A DNA stretch of 64,000 bases from contig JBLDXI010000074.1 of the NCBI GenBank assembly GCA_047495785.1, positions 1,240,001-1,304,000 on the forward strand, read 5' to 3'. The position numbers were made by a program, and so were the translations under genes. A model generated the notes under the pieces. That model did no database searches, had not been told where the DNA came from, and saw only the letters and a program-made list of their open reading frames with translations. This DNA is from Lepidodermella squamata. Taxonomy: Eukaryota > Animalia > Gastrotricha. Shown one piece after another: positions 51,600 through 64,000 of the stretch; position 1 is the stretch's first letter, and every line of letters starts with the position of its first letter.

Positions 51600-52782
51600 T
51601 CACGAGTTGATTTGGAGCTTTGCAGCAGCATTTGCGGCCACGTCGTCACGGAACGGCCGCAATACAATGGTTGGTACGAGTTGATTGACGAAAACGTAAC
51701 GACGGATTCGCGTGAAGACGTAGTTGAATATGAGCAAAATCGACACGTATTGAACCCACGCCCATTTCATCAATTCCCAGAAACCACACTGATACGTAAA
51801 AAAAAGACAAACAAATAAATTAAATAATTTCATCCGAAATGTCACGGTAAAACTTATCATAAAAGTTCTTCGATGTAATTCAACGTCAACTTGATAGTAA
51901 AAGGCTGGGTTTGAACTCGACCGGGCGTCCATATTGGCATCGCATTTCCGATGTAAGTCGTAACTAAACGAAGAAATGTTAGGAACTTCACAAAAGATGG
52001 ACAGGTTAAAATTTACCATTTCTCTTAGCGTATTCGTCATAGAAGGAGAAGAGATTGAAACCTTGCGAGAACATGCGTTTGTTACTGAAAATCTCCAAAT
52101 CGTATCTTTTATCAACGCCACGGTGGTAGAGTGGTTGCCGCAGATACAGCCGTAAATCACCATTCAGGAAAAACGCATTTCCGTGCAATGCATTTGAATG
52201 ACCCACGTGAACCAACGTTTCCATTCTCAGCCTCGACTTTTTCTACGATAAATCTGTATAGCTGACGCTTGGGAAAATATTGAGAAAATTACCTTCAAGT
52301 TGTAACTATAAACCATAAACAAATCGAATCCATATATTTCTTCATCGCCTCTCATAGGAACGGTGATTTCTGCCTTGAACCTATCGTTGATGCCATCGTA
52401 ATTCCAATCTTCGTCGTAATACTAAATAATTGCAATGTTTCCATACCGAATTGTTGCACGGAAAATGTACACTTACCGAAACTGATACCGGCCTGAGATA
52501 TTCACGATACAACTCGTTGTACGAGTCGAAAGTGCTCCACACTAGCAAGTTGTCCAACGTGTTTTTAGTGTGCATGAGTAGCACGAATTGATTCTTAAAT
52601 AGCACCGATGGTTGTTCTCTGTATGTTGATTCCTTTTTCCAGAACCCATCACTTCGATATGTGATGATGATAGGAATGACTATGACGATGGCTGTGATGA
52701 AGAGTTGAATAATGGCGGCTCTTGAGCAGTAGTCGGCTTTATGAACAGCGACTTCCGGCCGCTCATAAATTACAGGCGGCAT
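51600..52782 (-). CDS. TMEM231: Transmembrane protein 231 (ciliary transition zone), multi-exon
   Basis: [31 protein letters not shown] and [20 protein letters not shown] are TMEM231 hallmarks; internal exon limits not fully resolved. Confidence 0.9.
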
Positions 52783-52984
52783 ACCAATGTCTTCAACGGC
52801 AGCAAAATAATGTCTATTGAATTAATTAAAAAAACAAAGATATGTGAGATGGACCACGCGCGGATTTTTCGTAACTATAAAAACATAATCAGAGAAGTTT
52901 CTCGGGAGACAGAAGCTAACTTAGAAGAACATATAAGTCAATCATACCGATTTTCAATAGTTTCTCAAAAGCAGCAAGACATGC

Positions 52985-54162
52985 ATTGGATGGATGGATG
53001 GATGGATTTATAAGCCCAATCGCCAGTTGCCCGACGATATGCTTGGGCATCGGTTTGAGAGTTTGGCACCCGAGTCACCGCTGTAGCGATGTTTTACACG
53101 GGTCAAGTGGCACAAAGGAGTAGAAAAATAAATTAGAAAAATAGATTACGGATCTAATAAAATAATATCTTCGAGTTGCTCTTTCGCGAATTCGACGATG
53201 TAGGCAGCTTGACGTGTGCTTTTTGACGAGTTCATTTGCCGGATGAAGTCGGTTGCGCTGTTCCACGCTGCCGTGCCACGATAGAGAACGGTTCGTTGAC
53301 TAGTGGTGTTGCTGTGGTCAACAGGAAGACATCCTTGGGCTTTTTGACGTGTCTCCCTCGCGGCTTCTCTCTTTGTGAAATCAGCGATGAGTAGATCGGG
53401 TGCTTCACCATGCAGAATCTGCCAGACCAGTTTGATGGTGTGAACTTTTCTTCTTCCCGCTAGCGAGATCCAGCGAAGGTCGCGGATGAGGGGCTCAACA
53501 ACAGAAAAGGTGTCCGGCTTCATCATGAGTGCTCTGATTCCGGCGCGCTGTGCTTTGTCGAGCTTCTTCAAGGCTTTCTCGGAACCAGCTTCGAGGAGGA
53601 TGTCGCAGTAGCCGACGCGAGATTCGATGAGTCCGTTGTAGATGGCCTTCCGAGCATCCAGAGGAACGCCATTTCGACCAGCTAGGCGGAGAGCATAGGC
53701 GCCACTGTGGCATTTTGCAGCAATATTTTCGACGTGGTGTTCGAAAGTGATGCGGTAGTCGATTTCAAGTCCGAGGAGGGTCATTGTAGGTTGTGGAGCG
53801 ACGAGAATGCCGTTGACGTTCACTTCAGGCAGTTCGTCGTCAATTTTAAGCAGTTTCGGTGCCAAAAACATTATTTGAGTCTTCTTTTCGTTCAGCTTCA
53901 GGCTATTTGGCCGGAGCCAAGTTGCTACTGAGGTTAGTTGTAATTCGAGTTTCGCTTTAACTGAAGGAATTGAGTCACCATAAGCATAGATAGTGGTATC
54001 ATCAGCGTATAGGAATATTCCGCAGTCAGGGTCGGTTACCAGACTTGGTAATTCGTTTACGTAAATGGTGAACAGGAGAGTCCCCAGAACACTTCCTTGA
54101 GGGACGCCGTATTTGATGGGTAAAGGTTCAGATGAAGCATTGCCAAGTCGGACATTTGCCAA
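52985..54162 (-). mobile_element. 5'-truncated CR1/L2-like LINE with RT domain and (ATCC)n tail
   Basis: GVPQGSVLG, LYADDT, LKLNEKKT; (GGAT)n at about 52988-53007; possible GCATT duplication at the ends. Confidence 0.9.
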
Positions 54163-55285
54163 GCATTACGCTCAGACTAATAAATGGCAAACGGTCGATA
54201 ATGAGTCTCAAATGAGTTGCTATTCTGAATCAAATTCAGGAATAATATTTTAAAAATATTGAGGATTATGGAATAATCCACCCCTCAAGTCTGCCGTTAA
54301 GCTGCGGGTAGTATTCAGTATTCACATGCAGTACTCGCATGAAATTGCGAGCAAGACTGCAAGATTTTGTGAGTTGTGAGCCGGGAAAATAACCCGAGCG
54401 CTCGAGAATCGGCTTTCGTGGATGGATGGATCCGTGGATGAATGGATTGAAGCCTATCACCAGTTCTGGAGAGCTGAGGGTTGAGCTGATAGAGCAGTCC
54501 GTTCATCACAAGTTTTCACAGGTTTCACAGGTGCTATCGATATAGGATCTCGGGTAAAAAACAACTTCGTAGAAAAATAAATGTATAATCACTCAATGCT
54601 CCTGGACAAACTCAACAAGATAGGCGGCTTGACGAGTGGCTTTCCGCGATGGAAGAACGTGCGCTGACCGGTAGTGTTCTACTTGGTCCGGCAGGTCCAT
54701 GGCTGACCAGACGAAAGACGCCATTTCCATGAAAATAAAAATTTAAAATTACATTTGATGGAATAATTATTGAGACGTGGTAATGGTCATGTTTATTGAA
54801 ATATAAGTCAACAAAAATTAATCAGAGGAACGCGGTAAAGCTTTTTATTAGTGGCGCTTTTTGCCGCCGCTTATGACCGGCCAAGTCTCAGACCGCAGCC
54901 GCAAACACGGTGGTCAAACAAAACCGCGGTGACGCTACTATACGTGAGATGTGAAGTGACCAATGACAAAACAGGCGGTCTCATAGACATTTAGCCGGTG
55001 CTAAACCTTGTTGTTAGCTGTACCCAGCAATGATACTCAGCCCTGCTCGACTGTCGTTTATGAGGACGCTAAGCTGCTTATTAGCCAACATAGTATTTGT
55101 TACGTTGTCTTTTAAATGCATGCATTTAACGCTTGAGCGGAACATTTAAACCGCATCATTTTTTCCCTTAGTGTATTTGTTCCCTATTTGGTCGCTAAAA
55201 AACGCATCTCCCCAGAACTATAACGCGGCTCGTATTTTCCAGCTGCGTGGCGAATCTGTTACGAGTTCCATCGTGTGGTATTCGA

Positions 55286-56014
55286 ATGGCTAGTTTAAGT
55301 AACGTATCACTGTTAAACCAGCAAGAAGCAACAAATATAGATGTCGAGTTGTTTTCCGATTATGGATTCAGTGTCGATCAGCTTATGGAACTTGCTGGAT
55401 TAGCTTGTGCTGTTGCTGTTCGCAGATCTTACGAAGACCGTTTAAACAGTAACGGTAACATTCTTGTTATTTGCGGGCCGGGTAACAACGGTGGCGATGG
55501 CTTAGTCTGCGCGCGACATCTCGCTATGTTTGGCTACAAACCATCAATTCTCTATCCGAAGCGTCAGTCGCCAGAGAAGGACAAAACCGGACTATTCGGT
55601 CGATTGGTAAAACAAATGAACGGGATGGAGATTCCTTTGATTGATAAATTACCTGATAACTTATCGAATTACTCAGTTATTATCGACGCAATATTTGGAT
55701 TTTCATTCCGGCCGCCCGTTATTCAGCCCTTTAAAGACATTTTGACGTCGCTGGCCGAGATCAAGGACATTCCTTTAGCAAGTATTGACATTCCCAGTGG
55801 CTGGGACGTTGAGAAAGGCCCGCCAACGGACGATAATCCTGTGATTTACCCGGACTGCTTGATTTCCCTGACTGCGCCCAAGCTTTGCGCGAAATTTTTC
55901 ACTGGAAAGTATCATTGGCTGGGTGGAAGATTTGTCCCACCACCTCTGAAGGCGAAGTACCACCTGAAATTACCGAATTACGAAAAGGACGATGGCGTTT
56001 ACAGACTTCAATGA
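55286..56014 (+). CDS. NAXE: NAD(P)H-hydrate epimerase (YjeF_N)
   Basis: [53 protein letters not shown]; a mitochondrial-targeting extension upstream of 55286 is possible. Confidence 0.95.
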   Translation: MASLSNVSLLNQQEATNIDVELFSDYGFSVDQLMELAGLACAVAVRRSYEDRLNSNGNILVICGPGNNGGDGLVCARHLAMFGYKPSILYPKRQSPEKDKTGLFGRLVKQMNGMEIPLIDKLPDNLSNYSVIIDAIFGFSFRPPVIQPFKDILTSLAEIKDIPLASIDIPSGWDVEKGPPTDDNPVIYPDCLISLTAPKLCAKFFTGKYHWLGGRFVPPPLKAKYHLKLPNYEKDDGVYRLQ

Positions 56015-56110
56015 ATTATCTTATTGCAAATTTTGATTTTCCATAGGTTTTTATTAAATTTTTCTGACCAGTGAGAGAAAAAAGCACCGAAAATTGCGGC
56101 GGCAATAGCC

Positions 56111-59100
56111 ATGAAGGAGTTTTACTCCAAGGGTACGCGGGTATGGATCCCGCACCCGCTCGTCGTGTGGCAAGAGGCCGTCGTCGAGGAAGATGCCGCC
56201 TCAAAGCCCGGCTCACTTCTCATTCGATGCGTCGAAGACCCGTCGAAACTTGTCGAATTGGCGATTAAAAGCGATGCCGACTACCCGCCCCTTGTTAACC
56301 CAGACATGTTGCTGGGTGTTAATAACCTAACTTCTTTAAGTTATCTCCACGAGGCAGCTGGTAATTTTCTTTGCGATGATTACGATATTTCAATGCAAGG
56401 GATGATGTTTTTTCTGTCTGACAGTTCTGCACAACTTGCGGTATCGATTTTGCGAGCTCAACGCTATTTACACATATTGCGGTACTTGATAAATTAGATA
56501 ATGATTTGTTTTATTGCTCAGATATCGATTTTTAAAATAGGCATTGTGCTGGTCGCTGTTAATCCGTATCTCGAGCTGCCGCTGTATGGCCCTGAAATTA
56601 TGCAGGCGTATAGCGGCGCTGATCCAGAAGCCATGGAGCCGCATATTTACGCCGTCGCTGAAACGGCCCTTCAGAATTTGACAAAGTTGGTCGACGATTT
56701 ATTTACAATATCAAATGCAATAGGATAATTACTGCTGACTCGAATTCAAAACAGTTTTGATTTAAAAAGAGAAAAAGCGTCATCAAATTTCTCAGGGAAT
56801 ATTTTTAATTCGCGAATTTCAAGGTTGTAAATTGAAATTAATTTCGAATTGTTTGCTATTTAGTTTCGGCACTAGTCAGTCGATAATTATCTCAGGCGAA
56901 TCAGGCGCCGGAAAAACGGTGAGCGCAAAGCATGCGATGCGATATTTTGCGACAGCGGCGTGCGGAGCAGCCGACGAACCTGCAACCTCGGCGTCTTCGA
57001 ACCGCCAAGCCCGCGTTTCAGCAATGGCCGTCGAACAAGCGGCCGCCTTGGAAGAGACGCCCGTCGAGCGGAAAGTGCTAGCCTCTAACCCGATAATGGA
57101 GCTGTTTGGCAATGCGAAAACAACGCGAAATGACAACAGTTCTCGCTTTGGCAAGTACATTGAAATCGGCTTCACGAACCGGTTTGAAATTTGCGGGGCG
57201 CAAATGCGGACGTACCTGCTCGAGAAGTCGCGCGTTGTTTGCCAGTCGGCCGGCGAGCGGAATTACCACATCTTCTACCAGCTGTGCCAAGCAGCGACGA
57301 AACCTGAATTTTCGTTCCTTAAACTCAGTATGTTAAACTAGAAATTATTCAACGATTTTTCGTTATTATGGTAAATTCTAGTAAAGGGATCTGAGGCGAA
57401 AATACATGTTTCCAAATCATAGTGTAAAAATGGAATATCTTTTAATTTAGATTTTGCAATCATTTAAATTTAGATTTGTTAACATTGGTGTAGTTATTTG
57501 AATAATTATTCGATTATATGAATAAATTGTTTAAAAAGTGTTTAAGACGCCCGGGATTTTGTAATTTGTTTAGCCTTTTCCCTTGGCTGGTATTTGAAAT
57601 TTCAATTAATGATTTGAAAATACAGAAAAATTAGAAATTGGGTACCATCTTGAAATTCTCGTTTAAATTATTTGGCTTTTATAAGTTTGAAAATCTGCAA
57701 TGTTCATAGAATCGAAAACGGAATCAGAAATGTTCCTCGTAGCTCAACAGATTTTCATCTGGCGTCACTTCATTTTCTTGACAAAAAAGTGCCATTATAT
57801 TCGTAAATTAATAATTTTTGGGATTTCGAACCAAATATTCTGTTTAAACCTCGATAACTTCAGAATTTCGACCTTCGATTAAATTTCTATAAATGAGTCG
57901 TTGGTGGACTGTTGGGCACTAGTAATTATTGCTGAAGCCCTAGTTTCGTGGCATTGATGGTTGAAAATCAAAAAATTGAAAATCCATCATTTTTTATCTT
58001 CGCCCTTGGGTATTTTCAGAATACTCTGAGATGATTCCCTGTTCCCTTCGATTTTTTGTTTGTTGGTATAAAATCGCAATTTATAGTTTTATATGGGCGT
58101 TGAATAAGTATTCTGGTGATTATTATTATTATTAGTATTATTGATGTTTTTTCATTGCATTGCAGAAAAAGCGGAAGAGTTCTACTATACGGCGCAGGGC
58201 AAGGCGTGCGCGACCAGCGATATGAGCGCTGATTTGGCCCTCGGCAACGTGCGCTCGTACTTCTACATGCTCGACATCAGCGACGACGACCAGATGGCGA
58301 TTTTCCGCGTTATCGCCGCCATTCTCCACTTGGGCAATGTTGTCATACGCGAAGGTTCGTTCGTTTGTTTTCTCCCCATGGCACAAAACACCCGATTTTT
58401 TGTACTAATGCGAGTATTTCGCGTATTTCGGCTGGGCGTGAGAACACGGATTTACATACATTTTGTTATTTCAAGTGTATATTCAACTCACACACACGAA
58501 TACGAAAGCGTTTCTTGCTTCGATTATTTCGCTGTTTACTCGGCGTCTCATGGCGATTCAATACACGCCATGATCTAGACGTATAGCAAATTGAAAACGA
58601 AAAACTTGCATCGCGAGATGAAATTCGATGGAAAACAAAAATTCGCTGTGAAAATATGGTAAAGATGTGTGTGGTGGTCACTTCAGAGAAAGCCGCTTTT
58701 TACATGGTTAACCCTGATCGGATTTATGAAAATTTATCAAAATTGTCGAATAATTTTCGATGCTAGAAAAATATACGTTGCATTATATTATTTCGGCTTC
58801 GATTATATATTTCAAATAATTTCTCTCATCGATACAGCTGTCAATGAAAAAAGTAAAAGAGTCACATCTTTTTCAGTTTTACCTGCTACTCATTTGATCG
58901 CTAGTGATCGCACGAACTATTGATAGCAGCTCGGTCAAATTTTTCAAATCACCAGTCACTGAATTTCGCAAAACTTCAGCTTTGCTAACGTTTTTGTTTA
59001 CTGTTAATCATTACAAAAATGTTGAAAATAATATTTTCTACTGCTGATCAGTAATTTGAGTTTAAATTGGTGCATGGTATGTTGTAATATTTTATTATTT

Positions 59101-62100
59101 ACATATCGCTATTACATAAATCGAGCTATTTCGCTGGTTGAGGTTGCACATGCCAAGCAATTTTGAATCGGACGGTTCGGAGCACGGATTTTTCTCACGC
59201 TATTTTTCCTTCATTTTTACGGGTCTTTCTCGAAGGCTGCGGCTGATTTTGTTTTCTTGAAATTTTTCGGGGATTTTGGTCGCTGTTTGCAACGACTTAT
59301 AATTATGTTGAATTAATTTGTGTATTTTTTGCTCTAGCTGAAAAACAGCCGGACGTGTCGTCGGTGGCGGCGAACGACCACCACCTGCGGTGTTTCTGCG
59401 AGCTGCTCGACGTCGACGCGAAGGAAATGGCGACGTGGCTGTGCAGTCGCAAGTTGGTCGGCGCGAAAGAAACGCTCGTTTCGCACTACACCGTTGAACA
59501 GGTAATGCGAAACGTCAACAGAATGACACATTTCGCCACTTCTTTCCTCCTTACATTATACAACGTCTTATTTACCTCCAAATAGCTTATTGTAGTGTAT
59601 ATGCTAGAATTTCTTGGCTCATGTTTAATCTTGTTTTGTTACTGTCATTTTGCATTCGTTAAGTAGAAGATTACAAAAATATTAGTGGGCCAATTATCTA
59701 ATTTTGATGGTTTTTATTGTGTAAGGGTCTTGCTTCTAACGGAACCAAACAGGAGGCGGATTTCCATAATTCGGAAAAAAATTGGAAAATTATAATTTTG
59801 CATACTTTTCGTTTGGTGTAAAACTTTGAAAATTGGTTCCGCTAAAAGATATTTTGTAAAAATATGAGAAAATAAGGAAAAAGCTTACTATTCCGAATTT
59901 TGAAGCTGCAAATGTACATTTTAATTGTTTAAAATTTGCGAATAAATTGGGTAAAAATTCCTATTTGTTTCATAGCGTTTCGATCTTTATTAGCAGTCTG
60001 ATTTTATTAATTTGAAATCTTCATTTTTGTTTGCAGGCAAATTTTGCTCGTGACGCGTTAGCGAAACACCTGTACGCGCAACTATTCGCGTGGATTGTCA
60101 CGCGCATCAACAACACACTGGCGCCGCCCGTGCCGCCGCACCGGTTCATCGGCGTCCTCGACATCTACGGGTGAGTACAAATTATCACAGCTAAATTGCA
60201 GACCCCATTGACCTCAAATCCCAAGGAAATTATTTGTTTAGTAAATGTAACTTTGAATGTTGAAAAATGTTAAATTTTCAAAATTCGGCTAAAATAGCAG
60301 TTAATTTAGTCAGTGGTTTAAATTTAAAATTTCCTAACTTTTTTTTACTTGATTACAGGTTTGAAAAATTCGATACGAACAGTTTCGAGCAGTTTTGCAT
60401 AAATTACGCGAATGAGAAGCTGCAGCAGCAGTTCAACCTTCACGTGTTCAAGCTCGAACAGGACGAGTACATTCGCGAGGGCATCGACTGGTCGCGCATC
60501 GACTTCTCCGACAACCAGCCTTGCATCGATCTGTTCGAAAACAAACTCGGCATCGTCGATTTGCTGGACGAGGAGTGCAAGTTGCCGAAAGGCTCCGATC
60601 AGAACTGGTGCAATCGCATTCTGGCGACGCATTTGAACAAGGCGACGCATCTAGCGAAGCCGCGAATCGGCGGCAAATCGGCGTTTGTTATCACGCACTT
60701 CGCGGATACGGTCGAGTATTTAGCCGACGGGTTTCTAGACAAGAATCGCGATACGGTCAACGAGGAACAGCTTGTTGTCCTTCGCAGTAGCAAGGTTTGT
60801 CATTTTAACCGAAATTCAAATATGTTTTGTGATAATGTATCAAATTATAAATGAAAAATACGAATTAAAATTAGGTAAAATTATAAATTATAAATAATTT
60901 AAAATTAAAATGCGATCGACAAAGCCTCACAGGACGAACGCTCATCCTTTCCCACTCCAGCCACCTTATTAGTGCTCGCCTCATTTGTTACTTTTTTTTA
61001 CTACAATTTTTTGGCGGCACCAACTCGTGGACTGCGCACCACCTTCTCAGCCCCGCCGTTGGCCCTTTCAACGGTATTTCCCCGTTCACCACTACTGGAC
61101 GTCGTCGTTGCGCCGTTACGCCGTTCTCCCATATGAAAATCGAACCTGCCGCGAGCTGCGAAGCTCTTATCACAGTGTTCGCGCTGGAACTTCTGCGCGC
61201 CCGAGTGACACCTTTCAGTTGGTATGAGTAGTTATTCAGGGGGAAGAAGAAGTATCAATCAGATTGCAAAAGATGTGGAAATGCTCAGAAAGGCGGTAGA
61301 GTAGTGGTCAAGGCATCTGTCAATGTTTCTGGTGTAGAAATTTACCCCATGAATAACTTATGAAGAAACGAATTCAGTAGAAGTAGTGGATTGTAACTTC
61401 GAGGAATATTTTGCATGAAGAATTTTCAGAATTCGCCCCAATAAAATCGGGGTTGTTTTCAGTCTAAGTAAAGTCTTCAATTTAATTCTCTGGAATTTTC
61501 TCGGCTCGTGATAATTTTTTTAATTTTTCGGTTTTCTTTTTTTAGAATAAATTCATCGCGCAACTGATGGATTTCGTGGAGGGCGTGGAATTCGCGTCGG
61601 ACACGCCAGCCGGGCAGGTGACCCTGCGGCCCGGCCAATCGGCAACATCGTCGCTCTCGTCGGGCAAATCGCCGCGGCAGCAATTTCGGAAATCGGTCGC
61701 AGTGCAGTTCCGCGACTCGTTAGCAGATCTCATGAAAACCCTGTACTCAACGACGCCCCACTACGTGCGCTGCATCAAGCCCAACGACTCGAAGGGCTCG
61801 TTCGAGTTCGAAAACAAGCGGTCTGTGCAGCAGTTGCGGGCGTGCGGCGTCCTCGAGACGATCCGCATCTCTTCGGCCGGCTTCCCGTCCCGCTGGACCT
61901 ACCTCGACTTCTTCCGCCGCTACCGCGTGCTGGCCCACTCGACCGAGGTCGATCGATCCGACCCGCGGCGGACCGTCGAAATTATCCTGAAAAAGTACAT
62001 TCGCGACGAGGACAAGTACCGCCTGGGGCGGACGAAGGTCTTCTTCCGGGCTGGCCAGTTGGCGTACCTCGAGAAGCAGCGGGCGCAGAAGCAGAACGCG

Positions 62101-64000
62101 TGTGTGACGCTCATCCAGAAAATGGTGCGCGGTTTTATTGCCAAGAATAAATATCGCAAAATCAAACGGTCGATATCGCTTGTTCAACGATTCGGCCGCA
62201 GTTTGCTGGCGAAAAGGTGGGGACATTTTTTTTTAATTTCAAAGGTTTTTATAATACTATGATGAGAATGCCGGGGAAATTATTCTCAAAAAATGGCTTA
62301 TTTTGAGAATTTAACTTGATAACGGCCATTTGTTTGCAATTTTCCAAATTTTTCGGTGCAATTATTTTCGAATTTTTTGGAAAGCAGAAATCATAAACAT
62401 GGCTACGGCATTGGACTGGTGCTTGGGCTGCTAAGAGTAGTCTCAAACGTACTCCATGTCGTCCACAGTAAATATCGGATAAAATATTTTGAATTTTGTT
62501 TTCCACAACCTAATTTTGTTTTGGAGCCTATGGTAAAATCTGAAACTTTCAAGAAATTTATTCTAATATGAAATTTTATGAAATTTCTATGAAATTCAAA
62601 ATTCATTCATATTTCAATTCAAATTTTAAAGTTTAAACTTTGCGATGAACAATGAATTCCCAATTTTCGAGCCTTTTTCAATTTTTTCAATCGAAATTTT
62701 TTCACTGCATTGTCAGATCGGAAAAATTCCAAATTTTGGCTCCTAAAATTGACCATTTTTATTTTAAGATTTTTGGCTTGCCTAGTTGATTCATGACGCG
62801 AGCCTAGTTTTTGACCTTGAAAAAAATCAACTGAGTAAATACTGATTTACCGGGTTTAACCCTTGTTTTCTCTCTCGTTTTTTCCATTCTCGCTCTTGTG
62901 CTGCCATGATCTCGGTGTTATATTAACATGTATTTTTCTTTGTTTGTGTTCAGACATGCGGTGCACTTGCGGCGGACGAAAGCGGCGACGCGCATTCAGG
63001 CGCGGTGGCGCGGGTTTGTTCAGCGGCGCAAGTTCCAACGCGTTCGCCGGTGGCTGGTCGGCCTGCAGTGTCTCGCTCGCCAGCACCTCGCTAAACGAAG
63101 GTAAGACGACTAAGATAATACTCATACTCATACACACTTCATAACACTTGATATAATTGACTGCGACAAAAACCCGACGAAAAGTCATTACTAGCTTAGC
63201 TACGCTTGATCGTGTATTTTTCACACCTCATACAGTGTACTAAAGAATATCTTATATAGTTTTGTTTTATAATCCAAAATAATCAGAATTTACATAGAAT
63301 TCTTAAAAAAATTTAAATGCCAAGTATTTAAGCTTAGAAAATTAGCTTTTTGACTGGCTAATATTTTAATCTTGGAATTTCTTTCCCGACTTCCCATATT
63401 TTCCAGGAAATTTCTTTTTATTTAGTGGAACAATGATGTTGAATTTAGTTTTCAAGCACTAAACTCGAGATTCTAGCTTTAGTTTTCAACAAAATATGGG
63501 TTTTCGAGTTTCCAGTCGTCACTAGAAACTCGATTTTTGTTGCCATGTCTAATCAATGGATGTTCATCTTACGTTTGCGCTATGAGCGGTCAGCGGGTCA
63601 TTTATGCTTCAGAGTCTATATCGATTCCACGTATCGATTTAAAAAATCAGTGATTTTCCGATATCAACCGGCTTGGGGCCCAACATCGATAGTTTCATCT
63701 ACTTAGCTTAGGGCACCATGTATCTAAAATAACAAATCCCAGTTTCAGGTAGGGTATTAGGAAAAAGCTGAAAACAGGAGAATTTAGTTCCAGGACGCCT
63801 AATTTTAGTGCCGGAACCTTATTTTTAGCGTTGCTAATATTCGGATCCGATTTTCTTTTCCAAGGTTTGACGAATTTTAAATTCATTTTTTTGTTTGCTC
63901 ATGCTAGACTTCTTGCGATTCGATACGAATCGGCAGCGCTCGTTATCCAGAGCTCAGTTCGGCGATGGCTGGCGCAGAAACGGTACAAAACCATGCGCAA
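56111..64000 (+). CDS. MYO5: Unconventional myosin V, 5' part (motor domain and IQ motifs), continues beyond the window
   Basis: [39 protein letters not shown]|[26 protein letters not shown] repeats; about 11 exons in the window. Confidence 0.95.

Overview
Eukaryotic genomic DNA from a compact invertebrate genome with many ~50-nt GT-AG introns. The ATP synthase c sequence (DIDQAAKY...GNLV) tentatively suggests a spiralian. Conserved genes: RBM42, KXD1, ATP synthase subunit c, an Ihog/CDON-like Ig-FnIII receptor, TMEM231, NAXE and the 5' part of myosin V. Two transposon-rich islands (about 1-12.6 kb and 33.5-51.4 kb) hold a set of 7 small two-exon secreted-protein genes that the ORF track largely misses. 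All 7 have an 11-codon first exon, a phase-0 intron inside the signal peptide and a TATA box, with upstream promoter blocks conserved within each family. Family A (3 copies) encodes Cys-free, Lys/Ala-rich helical proteins: one with a net charge of about +32, one with four nearly identical 98-aa repeats, and one truncated. Family B (4 copies) encodes multi-peptide precursors in which short Gly-extended peptides are separated by acidic R-EAxY/F-EEE-S/V-AR spacers, resembling the PQM/iPQM processing code of spider-venom linear peptides. Also present: a multiply frameshifted class C GPCR, a P-element transposase, several LINE/MITE/SINE fragments, an inverted-repeat element with a GC-hairpin array and two U2 snRNA-like fragments, a rearranged RBM42 fragment, and two operon-like gene junctions. 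All gene models were read by eye.
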